From Desulfobacterales bacterium (GTDB lineage: Bacteria > Desulfobacterota > Desulfobacteria > Desulfobacterales > UBA5852): 64,000 nucleotides of DNA. Position 1 is the first letter of the stretch; each line of letters opens with the position of its first letter. Under the pieces are notes generated by a model that saw nothing but the letters and a program-made list of their open reading frames with translations, was not told where the DNA came from and ran no database searches. This document shows positions 29,848 through 40,945 of the stretch, piece by piece. Made by a program: the position numbers and the translations under genes. Location of the stretch: positions 800,001-864,000 of the forward strand of contig CAXXVS010000003.1 in assembly GCA_963674755.2 (NCBI GenBank), given 5' to 3'.

Positions 29848-30915
29848 ATGCGCATTCTCGCCATCAATTCCAGCCCCCGGCCCGGCGGCCAGAGCAAGAC
29901 CGAACTCATGCTGAAGCACCTCACGGACGGCATGCGCGCGGCCGGGGGCGATGTCGACATCGTCCATCTGCGGGAGAAGACCATCAAAAACTGCATCGGC
30001 TGCTTCACCTGCTGGACCAAAACCCCCGGCCGATGCATCCACCAGGATGACATGACTACCGAGATTTTCCCGAAGTGGTGCGAGGCCGACCTGGCCGTTT
30101 ACGCCACCCCGCTTTACTACCACACCATGAACGCCGCCATGAGCACCTTCAAAGAACGCACCCTGCCGGCGGCCCAACCTTTTTTCGAACGCGACGCGCA
30201 CGGCAACACGACTCACCCCCTGCGCTACAAGGTGCCGGCCGCAGTCTGGCTTTCCGTGTGCGGTTTCCCGGAAGCCTCCGAATTCGACGCCTTTTCGGAT
30301 TATTTGAACCGCACCCGCTACGGGGAGGCCTCCATCGTGGCCGAGATCTACCGGCCCGCCGCCGAAGCCATGACCAATTCCTATTTCCAAGTGGCGGCCG
30401 ACGATATCCTGGCGGCCACCGCCCAGGCGGGAAGAGAACTGGTCCGGTCCATGGCAGTCGCTCCCGAAACGCTGGCTCGCATCACCCAGTCCTTCGTGGA
30501 TCCGGAAGCCTTTGCCGAAATGGGCAATATTTTCTGGAAAACCTGCATTACCGAAGGGGTTACCCCCAAAACCTTCCATGAGAAGAACATGGTGCCGCGG
30601 CCCGACTCCATTGCGGCCTTCCTGCGGCTTTTACCGGCTGGGCTGAACGCGGAGGCGGTAGGCGACCGGCAGGTGATCCTGCAGTTCGATTTTTCCGGGG
30701 AGGTGGAAGGGGCCTGCCATTTCATCATCGCGGCCGGCCGAATCGAAGCCCGGGAGGGCGCCGCCGGGAAAGCCGACCTCACGATCGAGACCCCTTTCGA
30801 GGTCTGGATGGATATCATGACCCGCAAAGCGGACGGCCAGCAGATGTTTCTGGATCAGAAGTATAAAATCCGCGGCGAATTGGCGCTGATGGTGGCCTTG
30901 TTCAAAAAGGACTAG
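29848..30915 (+). CDS. Iron-sulfur flavoprotein/NADPH-dependent FMN reductase fused to an SCP2 sterol-carrier domain
   Basis: INSSPR, CIGCFTCWTKTPGRC, ATPLY; C-terminal LQFDFSGEVEG...ADLTIETP...YKIRGE. Confidence 0.85.
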   Translation: MRILAINSSPRPGGQSKTELMLKHLTDGMRAAGGDVDIVHLREKTIKNCIGCFTCWTKTPGRCIHQDDMTTEIFPKWCEADLAVYATPLYYHTMNAAMSTFKERTLPAAQPFFERDAHGNTTHPLRYKVPAAVWLSVCGFPEASEFDAFSDYLNRTRYGEASIVAEIYRPAAEAMTNSYFQVAADDILAATAQAGRELVRSMAVAPETLARITQSFVDPEAFAEMGNIFWKTCITEGVTPKTFHEKNMVPRPDSIAAFLRLLPAGLNAEAVGDRQVILQFDFSGEVEGACHFIIAAGRIEAREGAAGKADLTIETPFEVWMDIMTRKADGQQMFLDQKYKIRGELALMVALFKKD

Positions 30916-30982
30916 CATCTGACCGCCAATGACCGGCGCGATATGCCGGGCAATGCGTTCTGCTGCTGCAAACGAAAGGAAA

Positions 30983-31738
30983 ATGATGCATTTGCAGGAA
31001 CGGATCAAGGCCGCGGCCCTGCCCCTGGCGGAAGGGCGGTGCCTGGCCGATGTGCGCATCGGCCTGGGCTATACGGCCGTGTTGCTGGACAATGGCGGCG
31101 CCGGCGTCGCTTACACTTTTCTGGATGAGGCTGCGGGCGGCTGCTCGGTCTACCGCAATATCCGCCCTCTGGCTGGCCGGCCGGCCGGGGACCTACTCCA
31201 ACTGTTCGCTGCCGGAGGCCGCATCGAGGCGGCCCTGGCGCTGGCCACGGCCAATGCCCTGTTCAACCGCCCGGAAAGACCCTATCAACCGGGCGACATC
31301 CTGGAGCATCTGAAGATCGGTCCCGAAGACCGGGTCGGCATGGTAGGCCATTTCGGCCCGCTGGTGCCGGCCATCCGGAAGCAGGCGGAGACCCTCTACA
31401 TCTTCGAGCAGATCGCGCTGCCCCAGGGCAACCTGCTGCCCGTGGCCGCGGCGGAGGAGCTGCTGCCGCGCTGCCAGGTGGCCCTGCTGACCTCGACCTC
31501 CCTCATCAACGCCACGGCCGATCGTTTGCTGGACTTGGCCGCCGGCTGCCGGGAGATCGTCTTCCTGGGCGCTTCGACACCCCTCTGGCCGGAAATCTAC
31601 GCGGATACGGGGGTGACGCGGCTTGCGGGCATCACGGTGGTCGATCCCGGGGCGATCCTGCAGATCGTGAGCGAAGGGGGCGGCATGCGGTTTTTCAAAC
31701 CGGCCGTCAACAAGGTCAATCTGCCGCTTCCCCGATAG
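30983..31738 (+). CDS. DUF364 (Rossmann-like) protein
   Basis: VRIGLGYTAV, ALALATANA, VGMVGHFGP, TSTSLINAT, GASTPL. Confidence 0.82.
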   Translation: MMHLQERIKAAALPLAEGRCLADVRIGLGYTAVLLDNGGAGVAYTFLDEAAGGCSVYRNIRPLAGRPAGDLLQLFAAGGRIEAALALATANALFNRPERPYQPGDILEHLKIGPEDRVGMVGHFGPLVPAIRKQAETLYIFEQIALPQGNLLPVAAAEELLPRCQVALLTSTSLINATADRLLDLAAGCREIVFLGASTPLWPEIYADTGVTRLAGITVVDPGAILQIVSEGGGMRFFKPAVNKVNLPLPR

Positions 31739-31907
31739 TCGCCATGCACCGTTGTGAGCCAGAGGCTTGCCTGTTCCCCCAGCATACATCTGCTCCCAGG
31801 GGGATCAAGGGAAGCGGTTCGGACCCTGACATCAGCGCGGCATTCCACATGGTTCAGTGTCTGTCCGCCATTGTAACCCGCACCTGTAAAGAGAGAGCAA
31901 GATTTCC

Positions 31908-32255
31908 ATGAGCAGCTTGATGACCCCTCTCGCCTACCTGGGCGGCGCCATCTTTCTGATCGCCTTTATCTGGAAGTCGTATGATTTTTTCAAAGAGGCC
32001 TGGAACGACGCCAAGGCCAACCAATTCCCGCCCCGCAAATGCTTCCAGATCGCCCTGGCCCACACCACCCTGCTCTGGCTGCTGATTCTGGGCAGTTTTG
32101 CCGTATTCGGCATCACGACCATGAAATCCGGCAGTTTCCTGATCGGACTCCTGGTCATGGCCGTGTGGGTGGTGGTCCTGATTCTGCTGATCATGAAGCT
32201 TGGCAACAGCATGCCGGTCAGGGCCAGGGACCGCCAAGACGACCGGCAGACCTGA
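31908..32255 (+). CDS. Hypothetical three-TM membrane protein
   Basis: Three hydrophobic segments, fits between co-oriented genes. Confidence 0.6.
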   Translation: MSSLMTPLAYLGGAIFLIAFIWKSYDFFKEAWNDAKANQFPPRKCFQIALAHTTLLWLLILGSFAVFGITTMKSGSFLIGLLVMAVWVVVLILLIMKLGNSMPVRARDRQDDRQT

Positions 32256-32329
32256 GCCGCTGCCCTCGGCGCCATTGACAGGTCGCGTTTTGCAAAAGAC
32301 GGAAAAGCTGAAAGACCCGGGAGGGAATC

Positions 32330-32698
32330 GTGTCTGATCTAAGCCACCTGAAGATCGATCAAAGCATCAAGGACCGCAAGGCCCTGCACCTGAAATTTCT
32401 GAAGCATGTCAAAACCTACAAACCCTTCCTCGAGGTGGAAGAGAAAGCCTTCCGCAACGGCGCCCTGGACAAGAAGACCAAGGAGCTCATGGCGCTGGCC
32501 ATATCCATCGTGACCAAATGCGAACCTTGCATGGAATGGCATCTGGACCAGGCACTGCAAGGCGGCGCCCGGGACGAGGAAATCTACGAAACCATTGACG
32601 TGGCCATCGAAATGGGCGGCGGCCAGGCCGGTGCCTATGCCCGGTTCGTCTTCAAGGCTATGGAATACTTCAAGGCGGAACACCGGAAGCGCCCCTGA
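32330..32698 (+). CDS. Carboxymuconolactone decarboxylase / AhpD-like protein
   Basis: GALDKKTKELMALAISIVTKCEPCMEWH, AIEMGGG. Confidence 0.9.
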   Translation: MSDLSHLKIDQSIKDRKALHLKFLKHVKTYKPFLEVEEKAFRNGALDKKTKELMALAISIVTKCEPCMEWHLDQALQGGARDEEIYETIDVAIEMGGGQAGAYARFVFKAMEYFKAEHRKRP

Positions 32699-33142
32699 TC
32701 GCTTTGGCCCGCAAGCAATCCTTGACATAGCGCTTCGGGCCATTTAAGCCATAAGGCAAGTTTTTCTTCTGACGGACCGAATCAGTCCCTGCAATCTTCA
32801 CCCCTTGCGCCACCCATGATTCGGCCCCAATATGTGGCATGACAACACTGTTCAGAGCGGCGGCATGAAGGGGTGTGCGCGGTTGGTTCCCGCAGGGGCA
32901 CCGGCTCTCCAGGCGGGTAAATTTCCTGACAGCCGCGGCCCATGCGAATGAGCCTGCCGGGTGGGCTCAATTGACCGAATCGATACACAATTGCGCGGCA
33001 TGCCGGGCGGAGCCGCCGCTGGCACAAAGATTACGGCGCATGGTTCCGAATGCCGTGGTCCCAGGGGCGGCCGGCACGGCGTTCCCCTTGAACCGGGATC
33101 TTCCCACCCGCTGACAAACACCGAACCGGCAGAGCGTTTTCA

Positions 33143-34177
33143 ATGACATCCAAGACATCTGCAGACAGCCGGACCGTTTACGACACCTTCCACATGGGAC
33201 GCTCCTGCATGGACCTCTACAGCAACGACGTGGGGGCGGACTTTGTGGACATCAAAAGCTTTGCTGCCTATGTGGGCGGATCGCCCACCAACATGAGCGT
33301 CGGCTGTCGCCGCCTGGGGCTGCAATCGGCCCTGCTGACCGCGTTCGGCGAAGACCCGGTGGGGGATTTTGTGGTGCATTTCCTCACGGCCGAAGGCGTC
33401 GACGTCCGGTACTGCCCCCGCAAGAGGGGCCACAACACCAGCCTGGTGGTCCTGGGTATCGAACCACCGGACAAATTCCCTTTGGTCTTTTACCGGGACA
33501 ATTGCGCCGACATGGCCCTGGAGATTGCGGATGTCGAGGCGGCACCGCTGGCCGCCTGCCGTGTCTTCCAGTTCGCCGGCACCAATCTGAGCCGCGAACC
33601 CAGCCGCAGCGCCACCCTGCATGCGGCGGAAACGGCCCGCCGGGCCGGCGCGGATGTTATCCTGGATCTCGATTTCCGGCCGGACCAATGGCACGACCCG
33701 TGCGCTTACGGGATCACCATCCGATCCGTGCTGCCGGGGGTGGACATCGTGCTGGGAACCGAGGACGAGATCAATGCGGCCCTACTTACCGATCCCCGGG
33801 CCATGCGGATGACCGACAGCCAGCTGACCGATGTCCGGGTGGCCGGGGACAGCGCGCGGCACGTGCAGGCCATTCTGGATTGCGGTCCCGGCCTGGTGGT
33901 GGAAAAACGCGGCAAACAGGGTTGTCGCCTCCACCGGCGCGGCCAGCCGGCCGAAGACGTGCCGGGCTTCAAGGTGCAGGTCCAGAATATCCTGGGGGCC
34001 GGGGACGCCTTCGGGGCGGGTTTTTTGTACGGACACGCCAAGGGCTGGGAACTTTACAAAGCCGCCCGCCTGGGCAATGCCTGCGGGGCCCTGGTGGCGG
34101 CCCGCCATGGGTGCGCGGTCTCCATGCCCACCCTGGACGAGGTGATGGCCTTTGTGGACGGGCAGGGCGGGCTCTGA
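33143..34177 (+). CDS. iolC: 5-dehydro-2-deoxygluconokinase-like PfkB kinase
   Basis: GRSCMDLY, YVGGSPTN, PLVFYRDNCADMAL, DLDFRPDQW, NILGAGDAF. Confidence 0.82.
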   Translation: MTSKTSADSRTVYDTFHMGRSCMDLYSNDVGADFVDIKSFAAYVGGSPTNMSVGCRRLGLQSALLTAFGEDPVGDFVVHFLTAEGVDVRYCPRKRGHNTSLVVLGIEPPDKFPLVFYRDNCADMALEIADVEAAPLAACRVFQFAGTNLSREPSRSATLHAAETARRAGADVILDLDFRPDQWHDPCAYGITIRSVLPGVDIVLGTEDEINAALLTDPRAMRMTDSQLTDVRVAGDSARHVQAILDCGPGLVVEKRGKQGCRLHRRGQPAEDVPGFKVQVQNILGAGDAFGAGFLYGHAKGWELYKAARLGNACGALVAARHGCAVSMPTLDEVMAFVDGQGGL

Positions 34178-34248
34178 CCACCGGACGCCTCCAACGCCTT
34201 GAACACGAACACCTAAAGATTTCTGATATCACAGGGAGTGACGACACG

Positions 34249-35103
34249 ATGCCGAGTTCCATTGCCGAGCGGTTCGATCTGTCCGGCCGGGTGGCCGCGA
34301 TTACCGGTGCCGGGGGCGCCCTGTGCGGCGCCATGGCGGATGCCCTGGGCGCGGCCGGCGTCAAGGTGGCCGTGATCGACATCGATCCGGACAAAGCCGA
34401 CACCCGGGTGCGGGCGATCGAAGCCGCAGGCGGGACGGCCCAGGCCCTGGCCTGCGACGTGCTGGATGCGGCGGCGCTCAAAGACGGCTGCCGGACGGTT
34501 TGCGAGCGCTGGGGCGCGCCCGATTTTCTGATCAACGGGGCCGGCGGCAACGATCCCCGGGGGAGCACCTCCATCGAGTTCCACCCGGTGGAGGCCGGTC
34601 TGCCGCCGGAGGCGCGCTCCTTCTTCGATCTGGAAGGGCCGGATTTCCAGCGGGTGTTCAACCTCAATTTCATGGGCGCCTTTCTGGCTTCCCAGGCCTT
34701 CGGCCGGGAGATGGTCGCCCGGGGAGGCGGCGCCATCCTCAACATGTCCTCCATGAGCGCCTTTACGCCCCTGACCAAAATACCCGCCTATTCCGCCGCC
34801 AAGGCGGCCCTCAGCAACTTCACCCGGTGGCTGGCGGTCCACTTTGCGCACACTGGCGTGCGGGTCAACGCATTGGCGCCGGGCTTCTTCATGACCGAAC
34901 AGCTCAAATTCCTGCATATCGACCGGGAAACCGGCGAGTTGCTGCCCCGGGCGCAAAAAGTGATCGCCCACACCCCCATGGGGCGCTACGGCCAGCCGGA
35001 CGACCTGATCGGCGCCATGGTCTGGCTGCTCTCGGATGCATCCAGCTTTGTGACAGGCACGGTGGTGCCCATCGACGGCGGGTTTTCATCTTACACGATT
35101 TGA
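34249..35103 (+). CDS. SDR oxidoreductase (D-mannonate oxidoreductase / gluconate 5-dehydrogenase-like)
   Basis: [53 protein letters not shown]. Confidence 0.88.
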   Translation: MPSSIAERFDLSGRVAAITGAGGALCGAMADALGAAGVKVAVIDIDPDKADTRVRAIEAAGGTAQALACDVLDAAALKDGCRTVCERWGAPDFLINGAGGNDPRGSTSIEFHPVEAGLPPEARSFFDLEGPDFQRVFNLNFMGAFLASQAFGREMVARGGGAILNMSSMSAFTPLTKIPAYSAAKAALSNFTRWLAVHFAHTGVRVNALAPGFFMTEQLKFLHIDRETGELLPRAQKVIAHTPMGRYGQPDDLIGAMVWLLSDASSFVTGTVVPIDGGFSSYTI

Positions 35104-35155
35104 GCCGCCGCCCTGGGCGGGGGTCGATCGCAACATCGTAAAAGAGGCAGGTGAC

Positions 35156-36259
35156 GTGGCCAGCGTAACCCTGAAGAATATCGTCAAGCGCTTCAAGACG
35201 GTGACGGCCGTCGACGATCTTTCCATCGCCATCCAGGACCGGGAGTTCGCCGTCCTGGTGGGGCCTTCCGGGTGTGGTAAAACCACGGCCTTGCGCATGA
35301 TCGCCGGGCTGGAGAAGGAGACCGCGGGTGAGATTTTCATCGGCGACCGCAGGGTGAACGACGTCTCCCCCAAAGACCGGGACATCGCCATGGTGTTCCA
35401 GAACTATGCGCTCTATCCCCATATGAACGTCCGGGACAATCTGGGTTTCGGCTTGAAGATGCGCAAGTTCGCCCCCGATGAGATCGAGCGGCGGGTTAAG
35501 GAGGCGGCCGATATCCTGGGGATCCACGACCTGCTGGACCGAAAGCCCAAGCAGCTCTCGGGCGGCCAGCGCCAACGGGTGGCGGTGGGGCGGGCCATCG
35601 TGCGCAAGCCCAAAGTCTTCCTCTTCGACGAGCCGCTCTCCAACCTGGACGCCAAACTGCGGGTGGCCATGCGGGCCGAGATCAGCAAGCTCCACCGACG
35701 TCTGGGGGCGACCATCATCTATGTCACCCATGACCAGGTGGAGGCCATGACCATGGCCAGCCGGATCTTCATCATGCACGACGGCGCCCTGCAGCAATCC
35801 GGTATCCCGCTGGAGGTCTACAAACAGCCGGCCAACCGCTTCGTGGCCGGCTTCATTGGATCGCCGGCCATGAACTTCATGGACGCCACCCTGGCGGCGG
35901 AGCAAGACGCCTACTTCGTCCGTTCCGAGCATTTCAACGTTCGTCTCCCGGAGACCTTTCACGACCGGGTGGCGGCCTACGCCGGCCGACCGGTCATCTT
36001 CGGCGTGCGTCCTGAAGATATGGCGGAGCATACGGAAGCCGTGTCCGAGATCGAGGACGACGCCCTTGCGGCGCGTGTCGAGGTGGTGGAGACCCTGGGG
36101 GCGGAAACCCTGGTCCACCTGACCTGCGGTGACCAGACCCTGGTAGCCCGGGTGGCGGTTCCGGACCATCCCCTGACCGTGGGGCAGACAATGCAGGTGC
36201 GCCTGAAAATGGAGAAGACCCATCTGTTCGACCACGAGACGTCCCGGACCATTGTGTGA
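35156..36259 (+). CDS. Sugar ABC transporter ATP-binding protein (MalK/UgpC-like)
   Basis: [30 protein letters not shown]-terminal TOBE. Confidence 0.95.
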   Translation: MASVTLKNIVKRFKTVTAVDDLSIAIQDREFAVLVGPSGCGKTTALRMIAGLEKETAGEIFIGDRRVNDVSPKDRDIAMVFQNYALYPHMNVRDNLGFGLKMRKFAPDEIERRVKEAADILGIHDLLDRKPKQLSGGQRQRVAVGRAIVRKPKVFLFDEPLSNLDAKLRVAMRAEISKLHRRLGATIIYVTHDQVEAMTMASRIFIMHDGALQQSGIPLEVYKQPANRFVAGFIGSPAMNFMDATLAAEQDAYFVRSEHFNVRLPETFHDRVAAYAGRPVIFGVRPEDMAEHTEAVSEIEDDALAARVEVVETLGAETLVHLTCGDQTLVARVAVPDHPLTVGQTMQVRLKMEKTHLFDHETSRTIV

Positions 36260-36393
36260 GACACTGCGGTGCAGGAAAAGATTCGAGAGCGTCGCGGGGG
36301 GCCGCCGCGTAGCAAAGGAACCCATAAGACCCGCCGCGCGCGGTTATCGATAGACCACAACCAACGTTTCTCAATCCTCAAAGGAGGTCGCGC

Positions 36394-37698
36394 ATGCAAA
36401 AGAAAATGCTGTACATCCTGATGGGCGCCCTGTTGTGTGCGGGCATGGTGTCGACGGCGGTGGCCGGCAGTGTCGATTGGATGCAGAGTAAGGGAACGGA
36501 GATCCGCTTCCTGATGAACAAGCATCCTTTCACCACCTATATCGAGCCCAAGGTGGCGGAGTTCGAAAAGATGACCGGCATCAAGGTCAACCTGGAGGTT
36601 TTCCCGGAGGATCAATTCCGCAACAAGCGCATGATCGAACTCAACGCCGGCGGCACGGTGGACGGTTACATGATCATGCCGGGCCAGGCCAAGCTGCACT
36701 ACTGGAAGGCAGGCTGGCTCAAGCCCCTGGATGACTATATCGCCGATCCCGCCTTGACCGAGGCCGGTTGGGATGTGAAGGATTTCTTCGCGGGTCCCAT
36801 GAAGGGGTCCTCCATCGACGGCAAACGGATCGGTATCGTGATCAACGCCGAAGCCTCCCTGCTGTCCTACCGCAAGGATCTCTTCGAGCGCTTCAAGGTC
36901 AAGGTGCCCGAAACCATGGAGGAGCTGGAAGCGGCGGCCAAATTCTTCAACGGCAAGGACGTGGACGGCAAGACCATGGTCGGCATCACCCTGCGCGGCA
37001 AGGGGGCGGCGGCCACCTCCCAATGGGTGGATTTCCTTTACAGTTTTGGCGGTTCCTGGACCAATGCCCAGGGCAAATCCAACCTGGATTCGCCCGCCAG
37101 CATCGCGGCCTTCAAATTCTACGGCGATCTGCTGCGCAACTACGGCCCCAAGGGCGCCACCATGCTGCACTGGTCCGAGAGCACCTCCATCTTCATGGAG
37201 GGCAAGGCCGCCATGATCTTCGATGCCAATGTCTTCAAGTCGCTTTACGAAAATCCGAAGGAGTCCAAGGTGGCCGGCAAGGTCGGCTACACCACGATTC
37301 CTGCCGGACCGGCCGGCAAGGTGCCCCACGTCTCCAACTGGAGTCTGGCTATCAGCGGCACCAGCACCCCCGAACGCCAGAAGGCAGCCTGGCTGTTCGT
37401 CCAGTGGGCCACCAATAAGGAAAACGAGCTGGGGGCGCTCATGGCTGGCGTGCCGGCCGGCCGGGCCTCCGCCTGGAACTCGCCGGAATATAAAGCCCAG
37501 GACAAGAATCCGGACTGGACAGCCGCCTCCCTGAAGTCATTCGAGATCGGCCAGCCCCAGTGGAATCCGCCCGTATTGAACGTTCCTGAAATCCGGGATA
37601 TCACCGGCCTCGTGATCGTGGACGCCATCGAGGGCAAGGACGTGGCGGCGGCCGCCAAGAAAGCGGCGCAGGAAATGAACAAGAAAATGGAACTCTAA
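36394..37698 (+). CDS. Sugar ABC transporter substrate-binding protein
   Basis: AGGAGG RBS, signal peptide, FEKMTGIKV, YRKDLFE, AAWLFVQWAT. Confidence 0.92.
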   Translation: MQKKMLYILMGALLCAGMVSTAVAGSVDWMQSKGTEIRFLMNKHPFTTYIEPKVAEFEKMTGIKVNLEVFPEDQFRNKRMIELNAGGTVDGYMIMPGQAKLHYWKAGWLKPLDDYIADPALTEAGWDVKDFFAGPMKGSSIDGKRIGIVINAEASLLSYRKDLFERFKVKVPETMEELEAAAKFFNGKDVDGKTMVGITLRGKGAAATSQWVDFLYSFGGSWTNAQGKSNLDSPASIAAFKFYGDLLRNYGPKGATMLHWSESTSIFMEGKAAMIFDANVFKSLYENPKESKVAGKVGYTTIPAGPAGKVPHVSNWSLAISGTSTPERQKAAWLFVQWATNKENELGALMAGVPAGRASAWNSPEYKAQDKNPDWTAASLKSFEIGQPQWNPPVLNVPEIRDITGLVIVDAIEGKDVAAAAKKAAQEMNKKMEL

Positions 37699-37756
37699 CC
37701 ATCCTACCTTCCCTGGGCTGCCGGACAATTGGCGGCCCAGGGGGGCAGCGAGGTCT

Positions 37757-38650
37757 ATGAAGACGATCGCCGCCAAATTTTCCGATATCATCGATCGCCG
37801 CCAGGCCCTGTTTTACCCGGCCCCGGCCGTGATCGCGCTGTTTCTGATCGTGGTCATTCCCATCGGGTACAATCTCTATCTGGCCTTTACCAAATGGACC
37901 ATCGGCCTGGGGTCGCCGCGTTTTATCGGCCTGGACAATTTCATCGAGATCTTCCAGGACGACCGCGTCTGGAACGGTCTCATGGTGATGATCTATTTCA
38001 GCGGTCTCAGCCTGACCCTCGAGCTGGTGCTGGGACTGCTCATTGCGCTCTACTTCCACCGCCAGTTCAAAGGCAGTGAAGTCGTGCAGGCCATCTACAT
38101 CTTCCCCTTTGCGGCCACGCCGGTGGCCGTGGCCCTGATCTGGCGCATCATGCTGAACCCCGAGATCGGGGTCATGAACTACCTGCTCAATAGCATCGGC
38201 CTGCCCGGCAGCCTGTGGGTCAGCAGCGCCGCGACGGTCATCCCGTCCCTGGTGCTGGTGGACGTGTGGAAATGGACCCCCATGATCACCCTGATCGTCC
38301 TGGCCGGCCTCAAGTCGCTGCCCCAGGATCCTTACGAGGCGGCCCGCATCGACGGGGCCAATACCCTGCAGATCTTCTGGTACATCACCCTGCCATTGAT
38401 CCGGCCGGTGCTGATCGCGGCCTTGATGCTGCGCTCCCTGGACAATCTCAAAGAATTCGATACGATCTATACCATCACCCAGGGGGGGCCGGGGATCGCC
38501 TCCGAGACGCTCTACCTCTACTCCTACAACGTGGGCTTCAGTTTTTTCAAAGCCGGCTACGGGTCGGCCCTGATGGTGGTGGTCTTCCTGATCGTGCTGG
38601 TGTTCAACGTGGTGATGAATCGCATGCGCCTCAGTGCGCAGGATATCTGA
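37757..38650 (+). CDS. Carbohydrate ABC transporter permease
   Basis: FIGLDNF, DVWKWTP, EAA motif YEAARIDGA. Confidence 0.93.
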   Translation: MKTIAAKFSDIIDRRQALFYPAPAVIALFLIVVIPIGYNLYLAFTKWTIGLGSPRFIGLDNFIEIFQDDRVWNGLMVMIYFSGLSLTLELVLGLLIALYFHRQFKGSEVVQAIYIFPFAATPVAVALIWRIMLNPEIGVMNYLLNSIGLPGSLWVSSAATVIPSLVLVDVWKWTPMITLIVLAGLKSLPQDPYEAARIDGANTLQIFWYITLPLIRPVLIAALMLRSLDNLKEFDTIYTITQGGPGIASETLYLYSYNVGFSFFKAGYGSALMVVVFLIVLVFNVVMNRMRLSAQDI

Positions 38651-38683
38651 CAAGCGCCGGCCGCCGTGGGGTGGCCGGGAAGG

Positions 38684-39520
38684 ATGGCGATGAACGACAA
38701 CCACCGTACGGCCAACTTTCTGAAAACGGCGCTCTTCTATACGGGGGCCATCCTGCTGTGCCTGCCGCCGGTCTTCGTTTTCGTCTGGATGATCCTGACG
38801 GGACTCAAGACCGGGGTCCAGAACATCGCCTATCCGCCCCAGTTCATTTTCTCCCCGACCCTGGAAAATTTCCGGGCGGTTTTTGAGCAGTACAACTTCT
38901 TCCAGTACCTGCTCAACAGCCTGATCGTGGCCGGCCTGGCCACCGGCGTTTCGCTGCTGCTGGGCCTGCCGGCGGCCTATTCCATCGCCAAATACCGCCA
39001 GGGACGGATCGGGATCCTCATCCTGGTGGCGCGCATGACGCCCTTCGTGAGCTATCTGCTGCCCTGGTACATCATCTTCCGCTACCTGAACCTGATCGAC
39101 ACCTATACGGCCCTGACCATCACCCATCTGATCATCACCCTGCCCATGGTGATCTGGCTGATGATTTCCTTTTTTGAAAGTGTGCCGGGAGAGTTGGAGG
39201 ACGCGGCCATGATCGATGGGTGCACGGCCTTCCAAAGCTTCCGGATCATCGTGCTGCCCCTGGTGCGCAACGGCATTGCCACCTCGGCCATCATTTCGTT
39301 TATCTTCTCGTGGAACCAGTTTCTGTTCTCGCTGATTCTCTCCGGCCCCAAAACCAAGACCGTGCCCGTGGCCGTCTACAACTTCATCTCCTACGGCAAG
39401 ATCGACTGGGCCGGTATCGGCGCGGCTGCCACCCTGATCGTCCTGCCGGTTTCGGTGTTCGCCTTTTTCGTGCGCAAGAGCATCGTCCAGGGGTTGACCA
39501 TGGGCGCCTTGAAGGACTAG
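38684..39520 (+). CDS. Carbohydrate ABC transporter permease
   Basis: PTLENF, LEDAAMIDGC, FSWNQFLF, VQGLTMGALK. Confidence 0.93.
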   Translation: MAMNDNHRTANFLKTALFYTGAILLCLPPVFVFVWMILTGLKTGVQNIAYPPQFIFSPTLENFRAVFEQYNFFQYLLNSLIVAGLATGVSLLLGLPAAYSIAKYRQGRIGILILVARMTPFVSYLLPWYIIFRYLNLIDTYTALTITHLIITLPMVIWLMISFFESVPGELEDAAMIDGCTAFQSFRIIVLPLVRNGIATSAIISFIFSWNQFLFSLILSGPKTKTVPVAVYNFISYGKIDWAGIGAAATLIVLPVSVFAFFVRKSIVQGLTMGALKD

Positions 39521-39541
39521 CGGCCAAGCGCATACGATACG

Positions 39542-40126
39542 ATGACCTTGGAACGCGATCCCTCCCAAGACAGGAACTTCACAGCGCTGCTCGGCAAATT
39601 CCAGGCGGCCCTGCCGGGCGTGCGCCAATGGGTGGAAGACACCCTGCACGCCACCCGCGAACAAGCCATTACGGTTGACAGCAGCACATATCCCCGGCTT
39701 GCGCAAGCATTCCCGCCAACGCTGCTGAACCGGGCTCGCTGCATCGTCGTGGCGGGCAATCCCCCCTTTCCGCCCTTGAGCCGCATGGGTCTGCCGGAAT
39801 TCGCCGCCTTTGAAGCCATGCCCATTTCAGGCATTACCTACCGGAATCACTTCTTTGTGAGGGACGGCCGGCAAAGCGAGAGCCTCTATTTTCACGAGAT
39901 GGTCCATGTGGTGCAGTGGGACCGGCTGGGTGTCGAGCGCTTCCTGATGGTCTATGGCGTGGGGCTGATGCAGAGCGGATACCGCGACAGCCCGCTGGAG
40001 GCCATGGCCTATGAACTGCAAAGGCATTTCGATGACGACCGGCTCCCCGGGGACCTCGTGGCCCTGATCGAAAAGGAGTCGGACCGGATCTGGGCGCACG
40101 TGGCCTCCCTGCTAACCTCCTTATAG
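39542..40126 (+). CDS. Hypothetical protein with HExxH zincin-like motif
   Basis: GITY...YFHEMVHVVQW...SPLEAMAY. Confidence 0.7.
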   Translation: MTLERDPSQDRNFTALLGKFQAALPGVRQWVEDTLHATREQAITVDSSTYPRLAQAFPPTLLNRARCIVVAGNPPFPPLSRMGLPEFAAFEAMPISGITYRNHFFVRDGRQSESLYFHEMVHVVQWDRLGVERFLMVYGVGLMQSGYRDSPLEAMAYELQRHFDDDRLPGDLVALIEKESDRIWAHVASLLTSL

Positions 40127-40174
40127 CGTCCCGGCCGCAGCTATTGCGTTCCGGGAAAACACGGGAACCAACCG

Positions 40175-40540
40175 ATGGAATACAAGGCTGTCAATCTAAG
40201 GGAAAAATTCGCCGCGTTTTCCGACCAATGGGCACCGAAGATCATCGCCCGCATGAACGACTACCATTTCAAGCTCGTCAAATTCGAGGGAGACTTTATC
40301 TGGCATCGTCATGAGGATACGGACGAAGTATTTGTGGTCATCGAAGGTGAGATGTCCATCGTTTTCCGCGACGGTGCCGTGCTCCTGAAAGCCGGCGAAT
40401 TATTCGTGGTTCCGCAGGGGGTCGAGCACAAACCCTGTGCAGCGCAGGAATGCAAGGCCCTGCTGGTCGAACCCGCCGGAACACGGAACACGGGGAGCGC
40501 CGGCGGACAAAGGACGGCGGATGACAATGTCTGGGTGTGA
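40175..40540 (+). CDS. Cupin domain protein
   Basis: WAPKIIARMNDY, FIWHRHEDTDE, VPQGVEHKP, EPAGTRNTG. Confidence 0.9.
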   Translation: MEYKAVNLREKFAAFSDQWAPKIIARMNDYHFKLVKFEGDFIWHRHEDTDEVFVVIEGEMSIVFRDGAVLLKAGELFVVPQGVEHKPCAAQECKALLVEPAGTRNTGSAGGQRTADDNVWV

Positions 40541-40945
40541 CCCGCAGGCGCCCTTCCCATCCCGCAGAAATCCTCCGCCATTAAGGTCCGATCCTGCCGT
40601 TCAACAGACGTGAGGCAGAGCAGCAACCCGGCCCTTCCTCCATGCCGGGTCGATATTTATACGATGTGCCCACTACCGGCGCTCGAGCCCCTGCTGTTTC
40701 CGTATCACTTCCTCCAAAACAGATACCCCGTCAGGCAAGCCAAACCGCGCGCGCGAACTCTTCCCAAGCCGCCGTTCCGGACAGGGATCCGACCCGAACC
40801 GGACGGTCAGTCACCCTGTCATTCAGCCTCACAGGGGAGGGCGAAATTCAATGGTGACAGGGCCGCTAATCGTGATCACATTGCTTCCATGGGTTTTTCA
40901 GACAAGGACCCTGTCTAACCACCGGAGACGTGGAAAGGATTTGCA

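Noticed and set aside
32700..33140. Long intergenic region upstream of the iolC-like operon as ncRNA or operator
   Set aside because: Only weak palindromes (TGGCATGACA; two CAATTG); no recognisable riboswitch or ORF.
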